Virus record (IMG/VR): IMGVR_UViG_3300033463_000023 | Coordinates: 64,001 to 128,000 of that record | Length of the DNA: 64,000 bases | DNA from: a virus | Taxonomy: Duplodnaviria; Caudoviricetes | Direction: 5' to 3' (one strand) | In this document: piece after piece, positions 8,113 to 15,375 of the stretch | How positions within the stretch are numbered: position 1 is the stretch's first letter | Layout of the letters: each line of letters starts with the position of its first letter | The notes under the pieces: generated by a model | What the model was told of the DNA's origin: nothing | Database searches by the model: none | What the model saw: only the letters and a program-made list of their open reading frames with translations | Position numbers and translations under genes: made by a program

Positions 8113-8379
8113 TTATGTTAAAGCAAGGTATTTCCACGATATCCAATTAGAATTGTTTCTTATCCTAAAATAGACTCTTGTCAAATCGGACATTATCCAT
8201 ATTTGCAAGGTGTTGTAATTTGCATTACCTGCGCCAGTAGCAAACGTCAGCAATATTCCCCATTGAGTAGGTAGATTGTGGCTTGAATAACTTGAATCAT
8301 TGACAGAGTAAGCACATGTTGTGAGTACTGTGTTGGCATCTATGTTAGCGATATGACCTTTTGGTAGCACACCGCCCAG
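8113..8379 (-). CDS. Silent cassette 24, knob-like
   Basis: LGGVLPKGHIANIDANTV...NWISWKYLALT*. Confidence 0.85.
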   Translation of the reverse strand: MGGVLPKGHIANIDANTVLTTCAYSVNDSSYSSHNLPTQWGILLTFATGAGNANYNTLQIWIMSDLTRVYFRIRNNSNWISWKYLALT

Positions 8380-8406
8380 AATGTCATCGTGTTACCATTC
8401 TGGGCG
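8373..8406. repeat. Back-to-back recombination sites, spacer family E
   Basis: CGCCCAGAA-tgtcatcgtgttacca-TTCTGGGCG; identical direct copy at 9205-9238. Confidence 0.95.
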
Positions 8407-8639
8407 CATTGGTAGAAAAACATATCATGATAGAAGATCCAGACAGTATAAACAACACAGGCATATATCCAGCAACGTTTACATATAAAACAGGAACAGC
8501 CAGGGGAATGCTTGTTGTGTTCGCAGATAGTACAGTTAGTAGTTTTCCGGCCCAACTCTTTATCGGCTATAACGAGTGTATGGTGAGAAGGGCATCTAAC
8601 ACACAAGCATCATCTTGGTTAGATTGGAAAGAACTTTAA
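8400..8639 (+). CDS. Silent cassette 25, knob-like
   Basis: LGALVEKHIMIEDPDSINNTGIY...SWLDWKEL*. Confidence 0.85.
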   Translation: MGALVEKHIMIEDPDSINNTGIYPATFTYKTGTARGMLVVFADSTVSSFPAQLFIGYNECMVRRASNTQASSWLDWKEL

Positions 8640-8683
8640 TAGGTGGGAGAAAACTCCCACCCATAATTATGAAATAGTCAGCT

Positions 8684-8941
8684 CTGGGCGTAGCAGACTT
8701 CCAAAATTTTTCAGGCAAAGACCTTCCGGATTATGATGCTAACGCACTGGTAACTGGTATTTATTCTACAGCTGCAAACAGAGATTCCAATATTCCAGTT
8801 AACGTTAACGGACTTCTCCTCTGCTTTAAGAGGTCAGCGGTGTATTTTCAGGTTTACATGATAATGGGTAGCTCCATTTTTTACAGGAATTATTTTAACG
8901 AATGGAACGCATGGAAAAAACTGGAGGGAACACCGGTTTGA
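8684..8941 (+). CDS. Silent cassette 26, knob-like (not in ORF track)
   Basis: LGVADFQNFSGKDLPDYDANALVTGIY...EWNAWKKLEGTPV*. Confidence 0.8.
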   Translation: MGVADFQNFSGKDLPDYDANALVTGIYSTAANRDSNIPVNVNGLLLCFKRSAVYFQVYMIMGSSIFYRNYFNEWNAWKKLEGTPV

Positions 8942-8971
8942 CAAATAGAGGTGGGCGCATACCCACCTCGT

Positions 8972-9211
8972 TTACTGATCCACCGTTCCTTCAATCTTTC
9001 TCCACGACTGCCATCCTGCTGTCGTTCTGCTACGGGTTAGCACAAATTCCCTATTATAGGGGGCGTAAAACAAAAAGAAATCGAACTTTAAGAGCATACC
9101 GTTAGTGTTGGAGTCAGAAGGCAATCCTTGCAGGCTTGACCCAAAATACAACCCGTCCGCAATTTCTGTTGGGTTTACGTTTGTTATTTCTCCTTTGTTC
9201 ATTACGCCCAG
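8972..9211 (-). CDS. Silent cassette 27, knob-like
   Basis: LGVMNKGEITNVNPTEIADGLY...GWQSWRKIEGTVDQ*. Confidence 0.85.
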   Translation of the reverse strand: MGVMNKGEITNVNPTEIADGLYFGSSLQGLPSDSNTNGMLLKFDFFLFYAPYNREFVLTRSRTTAGWQSWRKIEGTVDQ

Positions 9212-9238
9212 AATGTCATCGTGTTACCATTCTGGGCG
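9205..9238. repeat. Back-to-back recombination sites, spacer family E
   Basis: Identical to 8373-8406. Confidence 0.95.
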
Positions 9239-9441
9239 TTACATTTAGCACCATTCCTTCTACTTCAGATCCATTTCAAGGGTGGCAAAAGATGTGTATT
9301 CAGTTTAAAAACGCTAACGCCGTTACTCAGTTTGCCATTAAACTAACACGCACATCAGGTTTTTCCGTTGCTGTCAGATCAACAGATGACAATTCAGCAG
9401 CCGATATTAACAGCAAAACATGGGAAAACATTAAAAACTAA
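9232..9441 (+). CDS. Silent cassette 28, short (69 aa)
   Basis: LGVTFSTIPSTSDPFQGWQ...KTWENIKN*. Confidence 0.8.
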   Translation: MGVTFSTIPSTSDPFQGWQKMCIQFKNANAVTQFAIKLTRTSGFSVAVRSTDDNSAADINSKTWENIKN

Positions 9442-9467
9442 GGAGGTGGGTTTGTAGCCCACCTTAA

Positions 9468-9719
9468 TTATGTGTTGTCTGTAGCCAAATATGTCCAAGG
9501 ACCTGCCGAGGCTCTCAATGCAAACTTTTTCCCGGATGAAGCGTTGTATGCCATTTGTAAACAATACCCGTCCAGGTGGCTGTTAATCGTCAGGCATACG
9601 CCAAAGGTAAACGGGGCATTTGTGGTTTGGCTGGAAATAACACAGATACTATTTTGTTTGTTGTTGCCAAGTAAATTATCAAGATCGTACTGGCCCGTTA
9701 GTTTGGTTATACCGCCCAG
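9468..9719 (-). CDS. Silent cassette 29, knob-like (not in ORF track)
   Basis: LGGITKLTGQYDLDNLLG...GPWTYLATDNT*; its site abuts the recombinase stop codon. Confidence 0.8.
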   Translation of the reverse strand: MGGITKLTGQYDLDNLLGNNKQNSICVISSQTTNAPFTFGVCLTINSHLDGYCLQMAYNASSGKKFALRASAGPWTYLATDNT

Positions 9720-9722
9720 GAC

Positions 9723-10946
9723 TTACTTCGGTTTCCGCTTCCTGAAGATCTTCTTCGTGGCCTTCTCCGCGGCGTGGTCCCTGTCGAAGGTGTAGTGCGC
9801 CTCGGTGGTCCGCGTGCGGCTCTGGCCGAGGATGGACGTGATGTTCTGGATGGGCATGCCCATCAGCGAGAGGTTCGTGGCGCACGACTTGCGCGCGACG
9901 TGGAAGCTGACGGCCTTCCCGATGCCCGCCATCGCGGCGACCTCCTTGATGACCCTGTTGGCGGTGGAGTTGCACGGCACGCAGTGAGACAGCTCGCGGA
10001 CGTCCGGGTAGCGGCAGAGGATGTCCATGCCCCTGCCCCAGAACAGCGACCTGATCGGCACGGCGACCTGCCGCTTCGTCTTGTGCATCGTCTTGCGCAG
10101 CACGCCGTTCCTGACGGTCGCCTCCTCGAGCGTGGAGAGGTCGCTCCACCGCAGGCCCGTGTAGCAGCCGAGGAGGAACAGGTCGCGCACCCTCGCCTGC
10201 CGCCCGGCGAGCTCCAGGCGCTCCATCCTCGCGATCTCCGCCAGGGAGAGGAACGCCACCTTCGGCCTCATGTTCCCTATCGTGATGAAGCGGAACGGGT
10301 CGCCGGGCATGGCGTCGCGCTTGCGGGCCTCCTCGCAGAGGGCGTGGAGCGCCTTCAGCCGCCCGATGGCGGTGTTCTCGGCCAGCCCCTTGCCGTCGAT
10401 GAGGAAGGCCCTGTAGCGCTCGATCATGTCGTGCGAGAGCTCCTGCATCGTCGTGTGCGGGCGGAACTCCTCGAAGGACCTGGCCAGCGTGCGGTAGCTC
10501 TCCTTCGTCGACGCGCTGCGCCCCGCCGACGGGACGATGACCGCCTCGACCATCTCCGCGACGGTGGCGGACCTCGACACGCGGCTCAGGTAGGCCTCCT
10601 TCACGCGCCGCGGCGTCGGCGCCGCCCCGGCGGCCTCGAGCTCGTCCTCGTGCTCCATGAGGCGGCGGACGATGCGGGCGACCTTGCGGTTCAGGAGGTC
10701 GTAGTTCGGGTCCGTGGGCTGCACCTTCCCGTAGCGGAAGTCCTCCTGGCGGACCCTGACGTGGGTGTTCACCGTGGCCCGCTCCCCGGTGCCGGCCATG
10801 TAGATGCTGACGACGACGGCGCGCGTGCCGTCGGCCGCCACGTACCCGTTCCTGCTGAGGACGGGCCTGAAGGTGATGGTGGATATCATAGGCGTAGGTC
10901 GTTTGTTGTCGTTCATAATATGTACGGAAAACGGGCGGCGTTTCAT
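9723..10946 (-). CDS. Tyrosine recombinase, probable shufflon invertase (start may be 10916 or 10889)
   Basis: GLRWSDL (Arg), FHVARKS (HxxR), LGQS, TTEAHY (Tyr); Bacteroidetes-type arm-binding and SAM-like N-terminal domains; directly adjoins the array. Confidence 0.92.
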   Translation of the reverse strand: MKRRPFSVHIMNDNKRPTPMISTITFRPVLSRNGYVAADGTRAVVVSIYMAGTGERATVNTHVRVRQEDFRYGKVQPTDPNYDLLNRKVARIVRRLMEHEDELEAAGAAPTPRRVKEAYLSRVSRSATVAEMVEAVIVPSAGRSASTKESYRTLARSFEEFRPHTTMQELSHDMIERYRAFLIDGKGLAENTAIGRLKALHALCEEARKRDAMPGDPFRFITIGNMRPKVAFLSLAEIARMERLELAGRQARVRDLFLLGCYTGLRWSDLSTLEEATVRNGVLRKTMHKTKRQVAVPIRSLFWGRGMDILCRYPDVRELSHCVPCNSTANRVIKEVAAMAGIGKAVSFHVARKSCATNLSLMGMPIQNITSILGQSRTRTTEAHYTFDRDHAAEKATKKIFRKRKPK

Positions 10947-11117
10947 GCCGCCGGCAGGTTAAAAAATCATAACGGCCGTGCCGCGGCCGTGGCGTCCCGT
11001 GGCACAGTCCCGGCACAGTCCGCGGGGTCCGGCGTCCCCGGCCGGCATCAGGAGGACCCCCCGCGGGCCCCGTGCCGCCGCCGGCGCGGTATGCGAAAAA
11101 TTATGACACGGGGGGCG

Positions 11118-11699
11118 TCAGGCGAGCAGCTGGATGCCCATGAGGTCCTGGACGCGGAACTGGACGGACGTCTTCGACCCGTCGCGCTCCACGGTGCAGA
11201 GGTAGGTGTCGCGGGTGGCGGAGACGAACGCCCTCGCCCCGCCGCGGAACGTCAGCAGCAGGTGGCGCGGCGTGCGCTCCAGCGCGAGCAGCGCGGCCCA
11301 CGCGGCGGCGTCGCGGTCGTCGGCCTCGACGGTGACGGTGACGGTGTGCAGGCGGCCGGCCGTGCCGTCGCCCTCGTCGTCCTTCGCCCTGCCGGTGCCC
11401 CGGCGGATGGGGACGAGCGTGACGCCATCGGCGGGCGCCCTCATGCCGACGGTGATGGCGCCGGCGTAGACGGGGTTGGGAACGGTGCCGGGGCGGACGG
11501 TGGTGCCGCCGCCACCGGGTTCCTGGCTGCCGCTGCCGCCGCCGGATAGGTCGGGGACCTCCGGGACGAAGGGGGCCGACGGCACCGTCGGCGCCAGGCA
11601 GTTGGCGACGGACCCCGCCGAGGCGGCGGGGATGTTGCCGACGGGGATGGCGGTGACGGCCGTCAGGTCGTCGAGGAGGAACTCGAGGCAGCCGTTCAT
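11118..11699 (-). CDS. Hypothetical protein, possibly virion-associated
   Basis: 193-aa ORF, GC3-rich codon pattern, start overlaps the upstream stop. Confidence 0.65.
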   Translation of the reverse strand: MNGCLEFLLDDLTAVTAIPVGNIPAASAGSVANCLAPTVPSAPFVPEVPDLSGGGSGSQEPGGGGTTVRPGTVPNPVYAGAITVGMRAPADGVTLVPIRRGTGRAKDDEGDGTAGRLHTVTVTVEADDRDAAAWAALLALERTPRHLLLTFRGGARAFVSATRDTYLCTVERDGSKTSVQFRVQDLMGIQLLA

Positions 11700-11944
11700 G
11701 GGGTGAATCCGTTAAGCTCGTCCTCCGTCACGCGGTCGTCGCCCGTGACCATCGCGTCCCTCACGCTCCGGTTCAGGTCCTCCATCTCCACGCTGTCGTT
11801 GCGTATCTCCTCCGTGCCCACGCTGTCGGGGCCCGGCGCGCCGCCCTCGTGGCCCTCGGGCCAGACGACGGGTACCTCGCGGATGCCCCAGCCGAACTCG
11901 CGGAGGTCGATCCATATCTTCTCGAACTTGTCTTCCTGTCTCAT
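11696..11944 (-). CDS. Small acidic protein, paralog of 11967-12242
   Basis: MRQEDKFEKIWIDLREFGWGIREVPVVWPEGH...; true start 11944 lies inside the listed 160-aa ORF. Confidence 0.75.
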   Translation of the reverse strand: MRQEDKFEKIWIDLREFGWGIREVPVVWPEGHEGGAPGPDSVGTEEIRNDSVEMEDLNRSVRDAMVTGDDRVTEDELNGFTP

Positions 11945-11966
11945 GTCCGTCGGTATCGGTTGAAGG

Positions 11967-12242
11967 TTACACGTCGCCGCTGCCGTCGCCGGCATCGGCG
12001 TCGAAGCCGGGCTCCGGCTCCTCTTCCTCCTCCACGGCCACGGGCTCGTTGAACTCTCCGCTGCCGCCGCTGTTGGGGTCGTCCTCGTCGTCCTCGTCCA
12101 TGCCGCCGCCCTGGCCGGCCTCCGGGCCTTCCTCGCACTTGCAGTCGTGGCCCTCGGGCCAGATGACGTCCACGTCACGGATGCCCCAGCCGAACGGGCG
12201 GAGGTCGATCGTGATCTTCTCGAACTTCTTCTCCTGTTTCAT
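11967..12242 (-). CDS. Small acidic protein, paralog of 11696-11944
   Basis: MKQEKKFEKITIDLRPFGWGIRDVDVIWPEGH plus acidic tail. Confidence 0.75.
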   Translation of the reverse strand: MKQEKKFEKITIDLRPFGWGIRDVDVIWPEGHDCKCEEGPEAGQGGGMDEDDEDDPNSGGSGEFNEPVAVEEEEEPEPGFDADAGDGSGDV

Positions 12243-12271
12243 ATCCTTGCAGATTAGTGTTGCCTATGCCT

Positions 12272-12307
12272 GCAATATACGCCGCGCGGGCGCCGGAAGC
12301 AAGGGCA
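12272..12307 (-). promoter_or_regulatory. Candidate phage late promoter, copy 1
   Basis: Minus strand TGCCCTTG-N20-TATATTGC upstream of ATG 12242. Confidence 0.7.
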
Positions 12308-12329
12308 GCGCGGGGCCAGCCTGCCGCTA

Positions 12330-12361
12330 CCTCCCGTAGCCTCCCGTAACCTCCCGTAACT
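12330..12361. repeat. Short tandem repeat, 10-bp unit x3
   Basis: cctcccgtag cctcccgtaa cctcccgtaa. Confidence 0.8.
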
Positions 12362-12421
12362 ACAGAGGCGGGCACCGGGACTGTCCCGGCACCCGCGAAC
12401 CATCCACGGCGGTATGAACGG

Positions 12422-12700
12422 TCATTTCCCGAAGAGCCTGCGCGCCAGCCAGACGAGGCCGCCGTAGAGGAAGTTGCCCGCCACGTTGCTGGCAAAGTCC
12501 TCGGCGAAGGTCTGCTGGCGGCGGCGCAGGTCCTGAAGCTGGGCCGACTGCCGCCCGAGGGCCCTGAGGATCTCGTCCGCCGGGCGCTGCTCGGCGGCCA
12601 TCCGGACGAAGAGCTTCCTCTCCTCGTCGGTCATGCGGTCGTAGATCCCCTCCAGGAGCCTGCGGCGCATGAGGGCCTCGGCGGCTGCTGCGTAGTCCAT
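12422..12700 (-). CDS. Hypothetical protein, last gene of the Cys-rich operon
   Basis: 92-aa ORF with C-terminal amphipathic/hydrophobic helix. Confidence 0.7.
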   Translation of the reverse strand: MDYAAAAEALMRRRLLEGIYDRMTDEERKLFVRMAAEQRPADEILRALGRQSAQLQDLRRRQQTFAEDFASNVAGNFLYGGLVWLARRLFGK

Positions 12701-12733
12701 ACGGAAACTTGCCCTACTTTGCCCTACCTTGCC

Positions 12734-13237
12734 CTACCAGAGGAAGTACTTGCGGATGTCATACACCCCGTCCTGGTCCTTCAGGTTCTTCAGGGCCATC
12801 CTGTAGCAGGCGGTGATGATGTCCTTGTCCGAGGGCGAGAGCGTCTTGCCCAGCAGGGCGGCGATTTCCGTGCCGAAATCCGAATAGATTTTGTTCATCT
12901 CCGTCCAGAGGGCGTACTTGTTATAGTACGGTGCTTCCTCCAGCGGCAGGCCGAAGCCCTCCATGGTACTCTTCCATGCGTCGTGCTTCCACGGTGCCGC
13001 CGGGTTCATGCGTGCGATGATATTCTCTGCCTCCTTGTGCGTGAGGTACTGCTTCCACTTGATGGCCTCGAGCCGGTCGATCATCTCCTCTGCCACGTCG
13101 GGCTTGTTGGCGATCATCCACTCCATCATCTCGGTCATCACGCAGCCGAAGGCCTTCATGTTCTTCGGGTCACGGCTCTGGGCCATGTAGTCATAGAGAC
13201 CTGTGTAGCGGTCTTTCATTTCCTGTGGTGTTGTCAT
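12734..13237 (-). CDS. Conserved-looking helical phage hypothetical protein
   Basis: 167 aa, YNKYALWTEMNKIYSD motif. Confidence 0.75.
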   Translation of the reverse strand: MTTPQEMKDRYTGLYDYMAQSRDPKNMKAFGCVMTEMMEWMIANKPDVAEEMIDRLEAIKWKQYLTHKEAENIIARMNPAAPWKHDAWKSTMEGFGLPLEEAPYYNKYALWTEMNKIYSDFGTEIAALLGKTLSPSDKDIITACYRMALKNLKDQDGVYDIRKYFLW

Positions 13238-13347
13238 AATCCTGTTGTCTTGTTAAGTGATACATTAAGCACGCCGCAAGCTGCTTAATTCTTACGTTTT
13301 CGTCGAAATAAGCAAAAACGGCGCGATTTCATTCCTTATTCTTACGC

Positions 13348-13530
13348 TCAGCACCCCGGGCAGCGGGCCGTCGGGATGCGGGGCGTGTACTGCACGGGGA
13401 CGCGGCGGGCGGGCGCCGGGGCCTTGCGCCGGGCCGTGGCGGGCCCTGCGGGCTGCTCACCCGGCTTCTTGCCCGTCTTCGGGTCCGTCTTCGCCGGGGT
13501 CTTCTTCGTTGTTGTCTTCGAGGATGCCAT
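13348..13530 (-). CDS. Small basic protein ending in CPGC
   Basis: 60-aa Lys/Pro-rich ORF overlapping the end of the upstream gene. Confidence 0.45.
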   Translation of the reverse strand: MASSKTTTKKTPAKTDPKTGKKPGEQPAGPATARRKAPAPARRVPVQYTPRIPTARCPGC

Positions 13531-13828
13531 AGATCTTGTTGTAAAGTGTGTCGATAGCGTACATGAACAGTTCGAGCCAGACGGCCGCGTAGGCGCAGAG
13601 GATGGATATTGCGAGCAGCCGCGGCAGCACTGAGGGAAGGGCGGCCAGCTGGCCGTCGCCGCTCACGCCGTAGGCGAAAGTGCCCCAGAACGCGAGGCAC
13701 TTCGGGCAGTCCGCTATCGGCAGCCTGTGGCGGACGACACGCTCGACGGCCCGTATCAGCCCGAGGTGGTTCGCTGCCGTAGAGAAGACCACGACTGCCG
13801 CAATATCAATCCATTGACCGCTGACCAT
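13457..13828 (-). CDS. Membrane protein with CxxC
   Basis: Hydrophobic segments, CPKCLAFW. Confidence 0.7.
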   Translation of the reverse strand: MVSGQWIDIAAVVVFSTAANHLGLIRAVERVVRHRLPIADCPKCLAFWGTFAYGVSGDGQLAALPSVLPRLLAISILCAYAAVWLELFMYAIDTLYNKIYGILEDNNEEDPGEDGPEDGQEAG

Positions 13829-13834
13829 TGGTTA

Positions 13835-14293
13835 CTACGCGCCCGTGGCGACGGTGAAGGCGAACTCCACCTCGCAGACGTTCGTGGACGGACAGCCGCA
13901 GGAGGCCCCCACGGGCGTGGCGCTCACGCCGACGGCGGTGACCGTCGGGACGTCGGCCGACGGGCAGGGGATGCACTTGGTCACGATGACCTTCTCCGTC
14001 ACGAGGCAGCCGCTGGGGCAGCCGTTGCCGCAGCGGTACACCTGCTGGTAGGTGAGGTCGCAGATGCAGCGCACGTCGCAGCAGTACTCGCTGCCGAGGG
14101 CGCGGGGCACGCCGACGACCTGCACGTCGATGTTACTTGCCAGCGGCATGCCGTCGGCGTTGACGCACATCTGGCGGTTGCCGCACGTGTAGTGCGTGGC
14201 GTCCAGCATGTACGTCGTGGAGGCGTCGGTGCCTCCCGGGTACGGGGTGAGGCTGTTGAAGTAGGTCTTCCCGTTCTGTGAATTACAAGCCAT
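13835..14293 (-). CDS. Cys-rich beta-type protein
   Basis: 152 aa with many Cys (CCDVRCIC, CGNGCPSGC, CIPC, CGC). Confidence 0.75.
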   Translation of the reverse strand: MACNSQNGKTYFNSLTPYPGGTDASTTYMLDATHYTCGNRQMCVNADGMPLASNIDVQVVGVPRALGSEYCCDVRCICDLTYQQVYRCGNGCPSGCLVTEKVIVTKCIPCPSADVPTVTAVGVSATPVGASCGCPSTNVCEVEFAFTVATGA

Positions 14294-14359
14294 AGTTTGA
14301 AACGTTTTGTGGGTTTATTTATACGAGGACCTATTCTCTGCACCGTCCTCCTCCTGTGC

Positions 14360-14680
14360 TCACTCCTGTTCCGCTCCCTCCCCGGCCTCGCCGTAGACAC
14401 GGGGGAAGAGGTCGCCCTCCACGGGCAGCGGGCTCGAGAACTCCGCCTCGGCGGACTGCAGCGCCGCGATGCGCCGCTCCAGCTCCTCGATGTGCTGCGA
14501 CTGGGCGTCGAGCCGCTGTATGACGCCGTTCATCACCTCGAACATCTGGAAGGACATCCGGGCGGCGCAGTAGGCGTGCTGCTGGTACCCGCACTTCGTG
14601 CAGTCCCTTGGGCACGGGCGCGCCTGCCGCTGCACGGCCTCCGCGGGCTGCTGGGCGTTGCTGTTCTGTTTCTGTTCCAT
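14360..14680 (-). CDS. Hypothetical protein with CxxxCxxC...HxxC cluster and coiled coil
   Basis: CPRDCTKCGYQQHAYC; heptad stretch. Confidence 0.7.
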   Translation of the reverse strand: MEQKQNSNAQQPAEAVQRQARPCPRDCTKCGYQQHAYCAARMSFQMFEVMNGVIQRLDAQSQHIEELERRIAALQSAEAEFSSPLPVEGDLFPRVYGEAGEGAEQE

Positions 14681-14707
14681 ATCTCTTGATTTATTCTGAA
14701 CTCCTGG

Positions 14708-14941
14708 TTACTTGAAGTACTCGATGACCCTGTTCTTTACGAACGGGTTCCTGTCCCAGCTGCCGATCGCATGCGCCAGACGCGCAGCATCAACGGCGCG
14801 ACCCTGGCGAGCATGAGCGCTGATAAAGCCAACGACAGCCAGGCGCAGGTCCTCAACCTCCTTTTCGTCTCTTGCATAGACGTTGAAGGTGACGGGGAAG
14901 CCCCTGAGGGGCCGCTGCTGTTTTGTTTCCTGTTCATTCAT
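14708..14941 (-). CDS. Hypothetical protein
   Basis: 77-aa ORF in operon. Confidence 0.65.
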   Translation of the reverse strand: MNEQETKQQRPLRGFPVTFNVYARDEKEVEDLRLAVVGFISAHARQGRAVDAARLAHAIGSWDRNPFVKNRVIEYFK

Positions 14942-14952
14942 ATTGCCGTGAA

Positions 14953-15321
14953 TCAGTTAATCTCCGGAAGTTCCGTGACCGGCGTCCCGGGCTCCGCCGT
15001 CGGGAACGTGAGCGGCGGCAGGCGGTTGCCCGTCATCTGGCGCACCATCTCGTAGCCCGTGGCTATCGTGTCCCTGTTCTCCCTGATCCAGGAGAAGAGG
15101 TCGCCCGCCGTGCGCTTCGTGGCGTCGACCCACGTCTGTGGGGCGGGGTCGTAGTCGGGCAGCGAGGGGATGTCCTCGGCGAAGAAGTCGTAGAGCTTCT
15201 TCGCCTCGTCGATGTCGCCCTTGGTGGCGAAGAGGCACTGCAGCTTCAGCGTGGCCTTCGAGGTGGGTTGTATTCCGCGTATCATCTCCAGTCGTTTCTT
15301 CCTGTTGGTAAACCATTTCAT
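14953..15321 (-). CDS. Hypothetical protein
   Basis: 122-aa ORF in operon. Confidence 0.7.
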   Translation of the reverse strand: MKWFTNRKKRLEMIRGIQPTSKATLKLQCLFATKGDIDEAKKLYDFFAEDIPSLPDYDPAPQTWVDATKRTAGDLFSWIRENRDTIATGYEMVRQMTGNRLPPLTFPTAEPGTPVTELPEIN

Positions 15322-15375
15322 ATATCGCCGTGAGTGGGTGATTTCTCCCCGCCGGTCCGGCGGGGAGAAACACGT

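Larger units (their letters stand above)
962..9721. mobile_element. Multiple-inversion (shufflon) cassette array with 29 recombination cores
   Basis: 9-mer (TT)CTGGGCG on + starting at 962, 1235, 1573, 2843, 3416, 4121, 4404, 5012, 5628, 6584, 6874, 7417, 8398, 8682, 9230; CGCCCAG (core on -) starting at 2230, 2551, 2818, 3391, 4096, 4998, 5601, 6150, 6557, 7390, 8078, 8373, 9205, 9713; each opens an in-frame Leu-Gly ORF; region is AT-rich relative to its flanks. Confidence 0.93.

Noticed and set aside
1246-9441. Start codons assigned by the ORF track inside the array (e.g. MCNLLG, MRPEPTFIAVLG, MVLG)
   Set aside because: They arise from spacer or neighbouring antisense sequence, mostly GTG/TTG; the shared frame begins at the Leu-Gly core.
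962-9721. CRISPR array interpretation of the regularly spaced repeats
   Set aside because: Repeats are 7-9 bp cores in both orientations separated by 200-360 bp coding segments; no cas genes.
962-9721. Classical integron
   Set aside because: Cassettes lack their own starts, alternate in strand and have no GTTRRRY attC structure; only a loose analogy is kept.
814-10946. Diversity-generating retroelement
   Set aside because: No reverse transcriptase and no template/variable repeat pair differing at adenines; cassettes are too divergent from each other.
9679-11016. 445-aa - strand ORF overlapping the recombinase
   Set aside because: Arg/Gly/Pro-rich alternative frame; the catalytic motifs are in 9723-10946.
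10947-11117. Possible attP or promoter upstream of the recombinase (ggcacagtcc direct repeat near 11001-11020)
   Set aside because: Only a 10-bp duplication; no tRNA-like core, no clear TAnnTTTG box, and phage genes continue on both sides.
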